From contig NC_043002.1 of NCBI RefSeq assembly GCF_006345805.1, forward strand, positions 74,152,001 through 74,216,000: DNA of 64,000 nucleotides, in the 5' to 3' direction. The position numbers were made by a program, and so were the translations under genes. Below the pieces are notes generated by a model, which ran no database searches, had not been told where the DNA came from, and worked only from the letters and a program-made list of their open reading frames with translations. Numbering within the stretch: position 1 is the first letter of the stretch; each line of letters opens with the position of its first letter. Below, piece by piece: positions 40,001 through 54,318 of the stretch. Origin of the DNA: Octopus sinensis. Taxonomy: Eukaryota.

Positions 40001-43000
40001 TTGTCAAATGATCCATCCAACCCATGCCAGCATGGAAAACAGATATTAAATGACAATGATGATGATGATAGTAATGATACAATAAGTGCTCAGACCAAAC
40101 CAAGTGCCTAAACTCAAGTAATAAGTGCTAGGATGCAGGATCCATAGCATATAAACATATAAATAAGTTTTAGTAAATTACATTTACTAAATTTAAAAGC
40201 AAAATTGTAAAGTAATCATAATGTGCAGGCTTACTTTACAACTAAAAATTAATAAATTCCTTACAAGTTTTCTGATGTGAAACAATGTTACATAAAGAGT
40301 TAACTTGGCTTCTACCACCCTAAATAAGGATCACATTTAAGTGTTGTCATTAGTAGTCAAATACCAAATATATGTGTACACATAGATATACTTGTGTCTA
40401 TGCAAATGTTTATATTCTGCACTCTGCATAATGAAAGCATTCACAAACAGTGAGCTACAAATAGTGAAGTTTGTTGACAATTCCCTATGATCAAAGTATC
40501 TGATAGCTCTGTACTTTTGAAGATGTGTGGAATAAAACATCCTTTATTTAAAAAATAGGCAAGAATTGGTGAGAGAAGTGGTATCTGTTTGTAAAACAAC
40601 GCCTTGATAATATGCATTCATCTAACCTATTCCAGCATGGAAAAATTGATGTAAAATGAACAAATGAATAACTGTTGATGAAAATTAGCCAACAATCACT
40701 AGAGTAGCCAGAGTGTGTGCCATCTGGGGTGGCCCTTCTGTTTGCTGCCCCTGGATCCCACAAAAAATACATATTGCCTACAGCAGACCCAAAAGTGCCA
40801 CCAGGGATGGACCACTTCAGCTACGCTAGTGCCAACAATGTATCTGTAGCTGCAAAACAGATCTTTAAATGAATATAAAAAGTAATTCAACACATTTATA
40901 AAAGCTTGAGACAGCTTTAAGTTATTACACTTTCAGTTGTCATATCACAAAAGATGATGCTAAACAAAATCAAACAAAGCTAGTAGTTATTCTCATAAGT
41001 TATTCAGAGAAACATAATTCCTAATAAACTTCTCCTGTACTGCTGAAATGATAACTACTAAAAATGACCTTACAGAAAAGAAAAAAGAAAAAAAGATAAC
41101 CACTTACGTCTTGAGGGATTTGATAATATAATTATAGTTGTTCAAAAGAAATATATATTTTAGAGTTTGGTCACTGTAAGTTTCTGACTTATTGGTCAAG
41201 TTCAGACCCAACTCAGAGAGAACTTTAGCTGCAAAAAAGAAATATCAGACAAAATTTCACAATTTATGTTAAATTGAAAAATCAGTAACAGTGAAAATTT
41301 GAAATTTTTTTTTCTAGGTACAGTTTTGCTTTATATTTTTTCACAACAAAAATGAACGTACAGTTCTATTTTTAAGAGATGAGGAATAATGTACAATATT
41401 TACATTTGACGGATATTTGTCCTCATCTTGTTTGTTGTTAACACATTTTGGCTGATATTATTATAATTATTATTATTGTTGTTGTTGTTGTTCAGGTCAC
41501 TGCTTGGAATCGAACTTGGAATCTTGGGGTTAGTGACCTGAACAGTAATAATAACAACATTGGAAAATACCTTAAGAATAAGAACCCAGGTTCGAAATTT
41601 CCCCAAGACACCCGAAATCAGCTGAAATGTTGTGTTAACAAACAAGATGAGGACAAATATTTGTCAAATGTAAATGATGTAAAAATAAATGTGTTGGTTG
41701 CAAAAATTTTTTTAAATTTTCATAAATTGTTGAAGCAATTGTTTTTATGACTAAATGAATGCACTTTCGAAAAGTGGTAAAGCTATATATTTTTAACAGT
41801 ATCATAATGAAGTCATTATATACAGTAATTTCTATTGTTCAAGGAAATTAATCAATACCTGCTATGTAAAAGGCACCCATGTCAGTGTCACATATAAAGC
41901 ACCCATGCTGATGCCATGTAAAAAGCACCCGTGCTGGTGCCATGTGAAAAGCACTCAGTACACACTGTAAAGTGGTTGGTGTTAGGAAGGGCATCCAGCC
42001 ATAGAAACCATGCCAAAAGAGGCAACTGGAGCCTGGTGTAGTTTTCTGGCTACCCAGCCCGTCAAATCATCCAACCTATGCCAGCATGGAAAAAGGATGT
42101 TTGATGATGAGGAAGATATAATTCCTTAATTGCTATTGAGTTACAAGAAAGAGAATTGGATTTATTTTACTCCTCTCCACTCCTTATATTCCTAGCATAA
42201 AGTTCCCTTCCTTAATCAAGTTTGTAGTCACGTGTGCTGCATGGCATCCTCACTAGTGGTGGAGTTACAAAAAAAGTGGATGGTGTTAGGAAGGGCATCA
42301 AGCAGGAAAAACCATGCCAAAGCAGATGCTGGAGCATGATGCATCATTGGGCCCACTGGATGCTGTCAAACTGGAAATCCTATGCCAATATGAATGTTAA
42401 ATATTCGTCATCATCATCGTTTAGCATCCGCTTTCCATGCTGGCATGGGTTGGACGGTGCAACTGGGGTCTGGGAAGCCAGAAGGCTGCACCAGGCCCAG
42501 TCTGATCTGGCAATGTTTCTACGGCTGGATGCCCTTCCTAATGCCAACCACTCCATGAGTGTAGTGGGTGCTTTTTACGTGCCACCTGCACAGGTGCCAG
42601 ACAAGCCTGGCAAACAGCCACGGTCGGATGGTGCTTTTTACATGCCACCGGCACGGAGGCCAGGCGAGGCTGGCAACGGCCACGATCGGATGGTGCTTTT
42701 TACATGCCACCGGCACGGAAGCCAGTCAGGGAGGCACTGGCAATGGCCACGTTCGGATGGTTCTCTTATGTGCCACCAGCACTGATATCACAGCGACAAT
42801 TTCCATTCATGTTGATCAATTTTGATTTTTTCCATTTTTAATCTTTTAATTTTTTTTATTTGATTTTCACTTGCCTCAACAGGTCTTCACAAGTAGGGTT
42901 TTGTGTCCCAAGAAGGAAAGGTATGCATAAGTGGACTGAGGCCATGGGTGATGGTCTCACTTGTCCTGCCGGGTCTTCGATCATAACATAGGGGGAGTAT

Positions 43001-46000
43001 ATTTGATAGGGGATCCATAAATAGTAGCTAATCAACTAAATACTTTAATTCCTGTGGGAATTTCAATAATTATTGTGGCGGCTGTAAAGTATGCTCATGT
43101 ATCTACATCTATACCAACTGTGAATACTTCTCACGCACAGCATACTTCCAAAGGTCTCGGTCTCTAGTCATTTCCTAGTCATTATATATATATATATATA
43201 TACAACAGGTTAATGAACTCCTTTAGCTTACAGCTGTTTCTTCCTTGGTGAGACCTAAAGTTCGAAGGTCATGCTTCACCACCTCATCCCAGGTTTTCCT
43301 GGGTCTGCCTCTTCCACAGATTCCCTCAACAGCTAGGGTGTGGCACTTTTTCACACAACTATCTACATCCATTCTCGCCACATATTGATGATGATTTTTT
43401 ACATTAATATCTTAAAAATATATTTATTGCATCAATTCATGTAAATACAATTTGTAGAATATTCTAGCTTATAATAGTTTGGCAGCATACATGAGGAAGG
43501 GAGAAATTATATTGACTTATTCTGTTCACATCTTACGAAGACTAGGAAAAAAGGAAAGCTGTCACATTGATAACTTTATATATCTTCAGTGCTCATGATT
43601 TCACAAATGCTAACCTTAACAGAATAGACATGGAAAATTTAAATTTTGAACAGTTACAAAAAGCTTCTTTGTTCACTTGGATACCTCAATTAAAAGTGTA
43701 ATAGATAAATAAACAACATTATTGTAAATGTAAAACTTTAAATAAGCCAAACACTGTAAAATATTAACTTGGTGATAAATGACTTTTTCTGAATTCCTTT
43801 AGGCTCAAACAATATTGCATTCCTACAATGCTTGTTTACTTTTCACTATGAAAGACAGTTTAGAAGTCTTTGATCCTTAACCATTTAAACCAGCCACATC
43901 CGGCCCAAAAGTTTCTACCTGCTTTATGTTCAAAATGGTAAGATCTGGACTCTCACACCTACCCAACGATGTCATTGTTAAAATATACAATTACATCATT
44001 GAAATCTCAAAGCTACAAGCTACAACACCTGAATGTGTGTCAGTGTTGTATCATTTGTTCTCATCATCGTTAAATGTCCACTTTTTCAGGCTTGCATGGG
44101 TTGGACAGAATATGTTAAGGCACACTTTCTATGGCTGGATGCCCTTCCTGATGCCAACCTTTCAAGTAAAATAATATATGCCTGTAGCTGGACATGTTTT
44201 CAAGGAAGATTAGAAATAAAGGACACTGCCTATATGACGACACTCATTTGCAACAAACTCGTACACGATGGGCTTCTTTCAGTTTCCATCAACTGAAACT
44301 CACCCAGAAGGCTTTGATTGTCCCAGGGCTATAACAGAAGATATTTGCCCAAGGTACCTCACAGTACGACTGAACCTGGAACTAAGTGGTTGGGAAGCAA
44401 GCTTCTTAACCACACAGTCATGCCTATGCCTATTTTACCAATGAAAAAATATGATAAAATAGATTTTTTAAAAATGTCACCAAGCAAACATCAATCTGTT
44501 TAGGAGACCAATGACTATTACTACATTATTATTACATGATTATTATTATTGATTACATGATTAGAAGTTCAAACTATACTACTACAGAAATCCCTTGCCA
44601 TATCACAGTTCACCTATCGCGCACTCAGTACATCAAGTATTTTTCTGGCTAATATATGTAAAATTATATCACAGACTCCTCAGTATATCGCAGGTTTCTG
44701 TGGCTGATACGTATTAATATTTTTTTAGATTTTACTAATTTGTGTGGGTGGTTTTGGAATGTAAAACCCATGATAGTCGAGGGATACTGCATAACTATTA
44801 TATTATGTCCCTGAACAAGTCCTATAACTCTGCTTTCCTCAGTTTCACTGATAGACAAACAGGTTCAGCTGCTTTTCCAATAGAAAACGTATTCAGCTGT
44901 AAAATAATTGCTTCAACAATATGAAGATGTCGAGATTTTTGAAAATTCATCCCAACACATGTCAAACAATAATATAAAGAATAACATATAACATACTCTT
45001 TTCTGTCTTCCAACTTACTTGGAAACCTCCCTAATACATGTAAAAGGCACCCAGTATACACTGCAAGGTGTTTGGCATTAGGAAGAGCATCCAGCTGTAG
45101 AAAATATGCCAAAGCTAACACTGGAGCTTAACGCAGCATTGTGGATTGCCAGACCCTGTCAAACCATTTGACCTGTGCCAGCATAGAAAATGGATGTTAA
45201 ATGGAGATGAAAATGATGAATATACTGTGGCTACCTCTCTAGTGCCGGTGTCATGTAAAATGCACCTACTATAAAGTAGAAAACTGTGAAGACTGTTTAG
45301 TCTCATCGAGGACATGACACCTCTCTAGTGTTGGTGCCATGCAAAAAAAAACCCATCTGCTTTACTCTGTAAAGTGGTTGGAGTTAAGAAGGGCATCCAA
45401 CCACAGAAACCAAACCAAAAATGAAATGTACGTGGGATGAAGTCCTCTGACTCATTAAGGTAAGGAGTACTTCTGAATACATTAGTGATCCTGATTGTGG
45501 CAACCTGTTCAGGTCATACCAGCATGGTAAGTTGAGGACGAAAAAAAAATATGATGATACTTACTGATGTAATCTGCAAGTTTCAGTTTACTTTTTTCAG
45601 TGTCCTTGCCAACAGATGGTGCTGATGGATCAGTGGCTGTAGGGCACAGGAAAGAAGAAAACATTTGGTTTAATTTGTATCGGAAACAGAATCATAGACT
45701 AAGAAAGGAACTATTCTTAAAGATTTTCTTCCCTCAAGAATCTAAATTTAACATTTTAAAAGTAATAGCCTCCTCTAGTTGCCCAGATTTCCAACAGAAA
45801 GAATAATTAAAAAAAAGCAATGTACATTACTTCTATTCCCACCAAAGACTTAGGATGAAATACATAAAGCTAAAATAACTGGTAAATAAAAGTAATAAAT
45901 AAAAAAAGAAACAAAAGAAAATATATTTTAACATGCAAAAGATTAAGGCTGGTCAAAAGAATTGAAAGGAAAATGAGAATATAAGATGGAAGTGATGAAA

Positions 46001-46369
46001 ATGAAAAAGAAAAAAAATTAGAAAATGCAAGAGAGAGAAGAAAGGCAAAAAGAGGTAACATTCAGAGAACAGAAATGAGTCTTGGCAAAGTAAATATTAT
46101 AAATTCATATTATATATTATATATTTAAATCAATGTGAAATATCTTATATAGCATATTTTTTAAACAGTCATAGGTCAAGGAAAGTCATTGTGTGTGTGA
46201 GAGAGAGAGATGCATACACCATAAGAATTTAATGAACTTTTGAGAGAACATGAAATAATTCTTTATTGGGAAAGTAGATCTTGAAGTTTTATGTGCTTCA
46301 AGATCAGCTATTCCAAAAGAAGGTATATACCCACATTAATTTTATACTATATATATATATATATATATG

Positions 46370-46439
<70 letters not shown>

Positions 46440-47137
46440 TCTGTGTGTGTATTTAGTATACAAACACACAGAAAAAAAATTGATAGTGACATCAATGTTG
46501 TGCCATGGGCTGGAATTATCTAATAAAGCCATCCCATAACAAAACTTCAAAGTTACTGTCAACCATTTCGTTATAAAAATGAATTTGATATTCAATTGTA
46601 TAGAATGATCCGTCAGTTAAAGATTTATCTTTTTATACAAAATTATACACTAAAACCCCACACATTCTATATATTATACACACACACATATTTATTTTAT
46701 TATACGGGTTCATAAGTATCAAGGTGCATCAACCTGCAGAACATCAGAAAAGGCAGGTACAATAACATAAGGCTCACATTGAAATAACATTCAATACATC
46801 AAGTGTTGGTAGGGGACTGTCGATAATGCAAGTACCAAATCAAATTTAAACCACAGGTCTGACTCAGGAGTGGGTCGTTGACATGACATAGATATAAAAA
46901 TTAAATACAAATGGCGTTTAAAATTTATGACAGCTGTTTTGATGGACTTTTATTTATCTAATGAAGTCATAAAAGATTAAATCATAATATATAATCCACT
47001 ATCGTCATTGTTGTCTATGCCCAGGTCGGTGTTTAAAATCTTACCTGATAATGGTAGATTATCTATTATGATGTAATCTTTTATGAATGCATTAAGTAAA
47101 ATTCTATAGAAACAGCTGTCATGAATTGTAAATGCCA

Positions 47138-47168
<31 letters not shown>

Positions 47169-48325
47169 ATATACATACACACACATATATTAATACACAC
47201 CCACACATATATATACACACATATATACATACACACATATACATACATATAGACACATATATATACACACACATATATACACACACATATACACACATAC
47301 ATATATATACACATACATATATAATATACACACACACATATATATACACATACATATATAATATACACACACATATATATATATAGACACACATATACAC
47401 ACACACACATATATATACACACAAATATATACACACACAAATATATGCACCCACACACACACATATATGTATATACATATACACACATGTATACACATGT
47501 ATATACAGCTCTCTGCTAGCGGGCTCCATGTCAAACCGTCCAACTCATGCCAGCATAGAGAGCAGATATATATATATATATACATATTATATACATACAC
47601 ACACATACACGCAGCCTCTCCCTCAGAGTGAAAGGTAGATTGTATGATGCCTGTGTACATACAGCTATGCTACATGGCAGTGAAACACAGACTTTGACTA
47701 CAGAGGACTTGTGAATGCTTGAAAGAATTGAAACTAGCATGCTCTGCTGGATGGTTAACGTCAGTGTGCATTCACACCAGAGTGTAAATGATTTAAGAGG
47801 AAAACTGCACATAAGAGACATTAGATGTTGGGTGCAAGAGAGAAGACTGTGCTGGTTTGGTCACATGATTCGTATGGATGAGAACAGTTGCATAAAGAAG
47901 TGCCAAGTTCAAATTGTGGAAGGGGTAGACCTAGGGAGATGTGGGATGAAGGATCTTCGGATGCTGGGCCTCACTGAGGAAATGACAAGAGACCAGAAGA
48001 TGTGGCAATTTGCTGTACTTTATAAGACATGTCAAGCTAAGTAAAATCGCTGCCTTCCACACATAGGATTGTCCTTTTAGGTGCCAGTGTCACTTAAAAA
48101 GCACCTGTGCTGGTGGCATGTTAAAAGCACTCAACATGGTTGGCATTAGAAAGGACATCCAGCCATAGAAACCATGCCTCAACAGGCAGTTGGAGTCTGG
48201 ACAGCTCTCTGCTAGCCAGCTCCATGTCAAACCGTCCAACTCATGCCAGCATAGAGAGCAGATGTTAAACAATGATGATGATACATACATATATACACAC
48301 ACATATATATGAACATAAGTGTGTG

Positions 48326-48411
<86 letters not shown>

Positions 48412-51400
48412 CATACACAGCGCAGTGAACACATTGTGTAAATTACATAAAAATATTATCTTGAAATACTAAAGAGTAAATCTATTCAATAAAATCGCCA
48501 TTGGCTTCGACTAGTCTCCAGACGATTTTGGAATCTCTTGCAACTCTTCGAGGGCGGGGTTCCTTGTTGAATGCTACCATAATCCTTGCCTTCAGTTCAT
48601 CTTTGGTGTTACAAGGAGTTTTGTTGATCTCTAGCTCAACTGCTCCCCACACATAATAATCAAGGGGGTTAAGTGGCCAGATGTTAGTGGGTAATGTAGT
48701 TGCAGAAATTGTCTGACAGCTATGACTGGGTTCTCCTGTTTGTGTGGCATGGTGCAGAGTCCTTTTGCTAGACATAAGGTCTTCCAGCAGCCAACCTCTT
48801 GACCACGGCAGCACTACCTCCTCTAGGCACTTGTTGTAGGCCTCCGTGTTGAGTCTTACATAATAAAACAAGCTTAAAACATTTTCCCCTTACAATATGT
48901 TTTGTGCACACTTAATTGTTCCTCACAGTCTAAGCTGTTTCCATTGATATGTAGCAACATAACAACCATTTTAATTACCCAGAATGAGATTTTCATTTAC
49001 CTTCAGTATTCCTCAACTGCCTAAGCTTACCCAGATTCATATGTTCCTACAAGGAGTTTGAATTATTCAATGATAGCAACAAGGGAATTATATCTGTATA
49101 TTTTACTTGTTTCAGTCATTTGACTACAGCCATGCTAGAACACTGCCTTGAAGATTTTGGTTGGACAAATTAATCCCCAGTTTGGTGAAGCAGTATCAGG
49201 GCCATGGGACAACAACACAAAGACACACACGCACAACATACATACACACACAACAGGCACCCACAGTTTCCATCTATCAAATTTGCTCACAAGGCATTGG
49301 TTGGCCCAGGACTATAATAAAAGACACTCAGCAAAGGTGTCATGCAGTGACACTGAACATGAAACCATATGGTTGCAAAGTGAGTTTCTGAATCACACAG
49401 CCATACCTGTGCCTATACATAGATTAAGAAAAAAATTATTGGGTTAATCATAGGTAAATGTGATCAATAATGAAAAAAAAATTAAAATAATGTCCAATCA
49501 CCACTGGACTCAAGATTATCTTTTCACAATCTTCTACAATAAAGATAGATTTATTGAACAATTTTATTACAATTAAAAGTAAGATAGAAATAAACAGCAA
49601 TCTGAAGACCAGTAATCATTAATTCACTGAAATGATAGTAACTTATCTCTTTAGCATTCAGATTACTTTGCCAAATATAATGCTTATTTATTCACATTTT
49701 TATGAATTAATTATTCCCTATCTTGTAGTCTCAAGATTTTGATGATGTGATCACTTATTTTTAGAATGACATTGTAGGGTAGGTGTGAGAGGCCAGACTT
49801 AGCCAGCTTCAACATGAAACAGAGTTAATATTTGGACCCGATGAGACCAGTTTTAATGCTAATGGATTAGTACATTTGATTCTTCTGATATTAGTAAATA
49901 TTAAGTACTGAAGCTTCCTGATTCACCTATTTCTACCAAATCAAATATACATTCAATTTAATGTTACTTTTTACCGATATACAATTAAATAAAACAATTT
50001 CACATAGATTTGTTGCTACACAGTTTAATGCTTCACAAAGTTATGCAATTAACCAAATTAAGCAATTATCTAGTATGTGATTAAACATAATTGCCAGCAA
50101 GTATCTGTTTGAGTGTCATGAATCATGAATTTTACTCAGTCAAAGAAGTTATTTATGTTCAATTACAACAGCTATATATATGTATGTAAGTGTGTGTGTG
50201 TTTATATACACACACATACACACATATATATACACACAATCAATGGTGTGAAGTTTATTACTTAGAAAATTATATTTCTGATCATCAGCATTAGAAATAG
50301 CAGCACTCAGAGATATGCTTCATGATTTGTCTGTTTTCAAGTCTTGACAAATCATACATACCTATGTTGCCAACAGTGAAAAAGTGTTTAGCAGTAGGAA
50401 AAAAAAGAAAAAAGAACCTTAGTACATTTCTTTACGAGATATTTGAAAGAAACTCGATATATCTGAGAAATTTATTATGTCCCATTTACATCTTCATGCC
50501 TTACTTTATTTTTCTGTCAACCAGGTACTACAATTCTATACAGTTCTATATTTAAGAGATGAGGAATTATGTACATTATTTACATTCGGCGGGTATTTGT
50601 CCTCATCTTGTTTGTTGTTAGCACAACGTTTCAGCTGATATATCCTCCAGCCTTCTTCAGGTGTCTTGGGGAAATTTCGAACCTGGGTTCTTATTCCTAA
50701 GGTATTTTTCGATGTTATTATTATTATTGTTAGTGTTCAGGTCACTGATTGGAATTGAACTCGGAATCTTGGGGTTAGTAGCCTGCGCTCTTAACCCACA
50801 GGCATATGGCGTAGTGGTTAAGAGCACAAGCTACTAACCCCAAGATTCTGAGTTCGATTCCAAGCAGTGACCTGAATAATAACAATAATAATAATGATAA
50901 CATCGAAAAGTACCTTAGGAATGAGAACCCAGGTTCAAAATTTCCCCAAGACACCTGAAAAAGGCTGGAGGGTATATCAGCCGAAACGTGTTAGCAACAA
51001 ACAAGATGAGGACAAATACCCATCAAATGTAAATAATGTACTACAATTCTATATTTTAAAGAAAGAGAAAATAGGTTGTTGTAATATTCATACCCTCTGC
51101 AATGGCTAAGGGAAGAAAATTGGCTTCAAGTGAAATTGATTGTATTGATTATTGGTTCATATCTAGTATTAAAATGTAATTAATTAAAAATGATGAATTT
51201 CAGGAATTAGAGTTGTATTTTCTCACTTTCACACCAGACAAAGTATGAAATCATCATCATCATTATTTTAACACCTGCTTTTCCACTTTTCCATGCTTAC
51301 ATTCATCAGACAAGACCACACTGAGGCAGAGTTTTTTCCTACAGTTAGATACCCTTCTTGACACCTGTTTCCAAGCAGAGTAGTATTCCTTGTTTGTCAA

Positions 51401-54272
51401 ACAACCACCAATCCAGACACAGTTATGCAGGGGACTGGAAATAGTGTAACTTTTGTTTACAATCAGAGAACATGCATGTGAAGAGATGAGGGGAAAATAT
51501 CCACTTACACACACACACACACGTGATGGTTTTTTTCAGTTTTCATTTCATCTACTAGTTTCACTCACAAAGCATTGATCAATCGACAGCTATACTAGAG
51601 AATACCAGCTGACAGTGTCCTCATAGTGTGGTCAAAACCTTAACCATATCATTTCAAAGCAAACTTCTTAATTACACAACTATCCTCACACCTATGTCTT
51701 AATCTGTTGTAAGGAGTGGGGACGGGAAGAGCATCCAGCCATAAAAAAAATTGTGCCATACACAAAGAACAGCTACTTTTCTCAGTAGCTCGTCTGTGTC
51801 AAATGGTTAAAGACCATGATGAGTAGCTAGACATTACTGGACTCAAACTGGTCACAAGTAGTTACCTCTCCAACAAGAGGCGACAACACCTTGGACCTGC
51901 TCTTCACCACAACTCCTGAAGCGGTTATCAATTGTACTACGGAGGAACCTCTAGGCGACTGTTCATGCTATGATCATCGCCAATCCGGCTCTTGCGGGCA
52001 ACAACAAAAACCTGAACCATCTCCAATCTGCTTCCTTCAATTAGAAGAGAGCAGATTGGAACCTGTACCACACTGAATTACAGTACCCAAACTGGCGTGA
52101 ATTCTACAACTCTGGAGATGTGAATACTATACTCCAGAGTATCCTGGACTTAATATGGGCAGCATGTGCAGCATCAGTGCCACGTAAACAGAAAAAGAAG
52201 AACCGCCCCAAAAGTGCAATTTGGGAAACTTCAGCGGTCCGACTTGCCAGGAAGGAACGTCGGACTGCTGAACAGGAATACAAGTAGCATAAATCAGACA
52301 CCAACAGGAAAAAGCGGAATAAATCTTCCAACCATCTCAAGCAAGTGACAAAAAAAGCAATGCTTGAATTTGAACAGTGCATAGCAGCCAATCCTGACAG
52401 CAAGGTTTTCTGGAAATATGTGCATTCGAAGCAGAGACCTTACTCTCCAGTGGGCCCTCTTCGCAACCCTCACACAAACCAGATCACTGATGATCCCAAG
52501 GAATGCGCAGAACTCATTGCCGAGTGCTATGCAAACATATTCACTGTTGAGAATCAAAATGTACCATCTTCACCATCTCTAACAGCAAATTCCATAACAA
52601 CTATGGAATTTACACCTGCAATGCTGCGACGTCACCTTCAAAATAAGCGCAACTATGCCTCCCCTGGTCTTGATGGAGTTACATACCTGCTTCTCAAATG
52701 TGGCAGGTACTTCCTTTTACACCAGCTTTCTATTTTCTTCCAGTACTGTCTCAACAATGGTGCTACTCCGGAGCAGTGGAAAACTGCCAGTGTCATTCCT
52801 CTGTTCAAAAAGGGCGACCGCACATCACCTGTCAACTATCGCCCAGTCAGTCTCACTAGCTGTATTGCAAAACTGATGGAATCGTGTGTCAGAGAAACAC
52901 TTTGGAACTTCTGGAGCTCTCACAGTCTCATCCAACCCTCACAATATGGATTTGTCCCTAACTCCAGCTGCAGTGATCAGCTTGTCGAGTTCCTTGAGGA
53001 GATTACTCAGATCACTGACAGTGGCTCATGGGTGGATGTTGTCTACCTTGACTTTGCTAAGGCTTTCAACTCTGTGCCACACAAAAGGCTTATGGTGAAA
53101 CTCTCTGCAATGGGTGTGACGGATGATCTTTTTAACTGGTTGAAATCCTTCATTCTCAGCCGAAAGGAGGTAGGACAGCATTCTACACCATATGAGATGT
53201 CATCGGGTGTACCACAGGGATCTGTCCTTGGTCCCCTCTTGTTTGTGGCATACATTAATGACATAGATGCCAATTTAAAGAATGTCACAGTATTGAAATA
53301 TGCAGATGACATCACGCTGTACCTTGAAATCAAGAGGACAGATCCTGTTGTCTACAGCTCTTTCCTGCAATCAGACCTGGACACAATGCAGCAATGGATC
53401 GCAGACTGGCAACTGAAACTGGCTGTGGACAAGTGTACCACCATGCATTTTGGGAGAAAAAACCCTGCGTCCACATACTCCCTCCACAACACTGATATCA
53501 AGAAATCCTCTTGCGAGCGTGACCTAGGCATCACTGTCAGCAGTGATTTGCGTTGGACAAAGCATATCTCTAAAATTGTCAAGAAGGCCGAGGGTGTCTT
53601 GGCATCACTCAGCAAGACTTTTGTTAGCCGCTCTCCAGCCATCTATTTAAAACTGTATACAGCTATGGTACGACCACACTTGGAATTCGCATCATCAGTT
53701 TGGAACCACTATCTTGCTCAGAACATTGACCTCCTGGAATCTGTTCAGAGACATGCAACCAAACGCATACCCTCCATCAGACACCTACCATACTCTGAGC
53801 GCCTTGTTTCCCTGGGCATGGATTCACTGAAGCTCTGGCGATGGACTTGGTAAACACCCACAAAGTTATCAACCACCTCACCAACAACAACACTGAACAC
53901 CTTTTTGATCTTCATGTGTCTAACACACGTGGACATGCCTACAAAGTCAGAAAACAACACAGCTCCCATGACTTTCGGAAACATTTTTTCACGCTCAGAG
54001 TTGCTGAAGCATGGAACAAACTGCCTGTATCAGTTGTTGACTGCCATGACACTGCATCCTTTAAGGCCCTCATGCTTTCCGAAATCTGCCGAAACTACAC
54101 CTGATTATACATACACTTTAGATGAGTTGTAGAGCACCTGAGCACTGTACACAATGTTTTTTTTTTTATTTATTTATTATTATGAGAGCCAGCAAACTCA
54201 TGCCAGCATGGAAAAACGAACATAAAATGATGATGATGATACTAAACTAAGTATAACTAAGTATTAATATAT

Positions 54273-54318
<46 letters not shown>

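Noticed and set aside
47506-47566. 60-bp copy of the RTE tail at 48202-48262 placed upstream of the same element, resembling an LTR
   Set aside because: No TG..CA ends, PBS or PPT; better explained as a local duplication in microsatellite-rich DNA.
46977-47660. Multiple 60-156 aa ORFs rich in Y/I/C/V/H/T (also at 14198-15097 and elsewhere)
   Set aside because: Translations of (TA)n, (CA)n, (CAT)n and (CTT)n microsatellites.
49001-49046. Possible EXOC7 microexon (tag|GAACATATGAATCTGG|gtaagc)
   Set aside because: Lengths of 16 or 46 nt break the phase 1/1 frame, and the longer form contains a stop.
50801-50872. Functional tRNA gene (ACT anticodon)
   Set aside because: The acceptor and anticodon stems pair poorly and it is embedded in a repeated element; treated as a SINE-type head.
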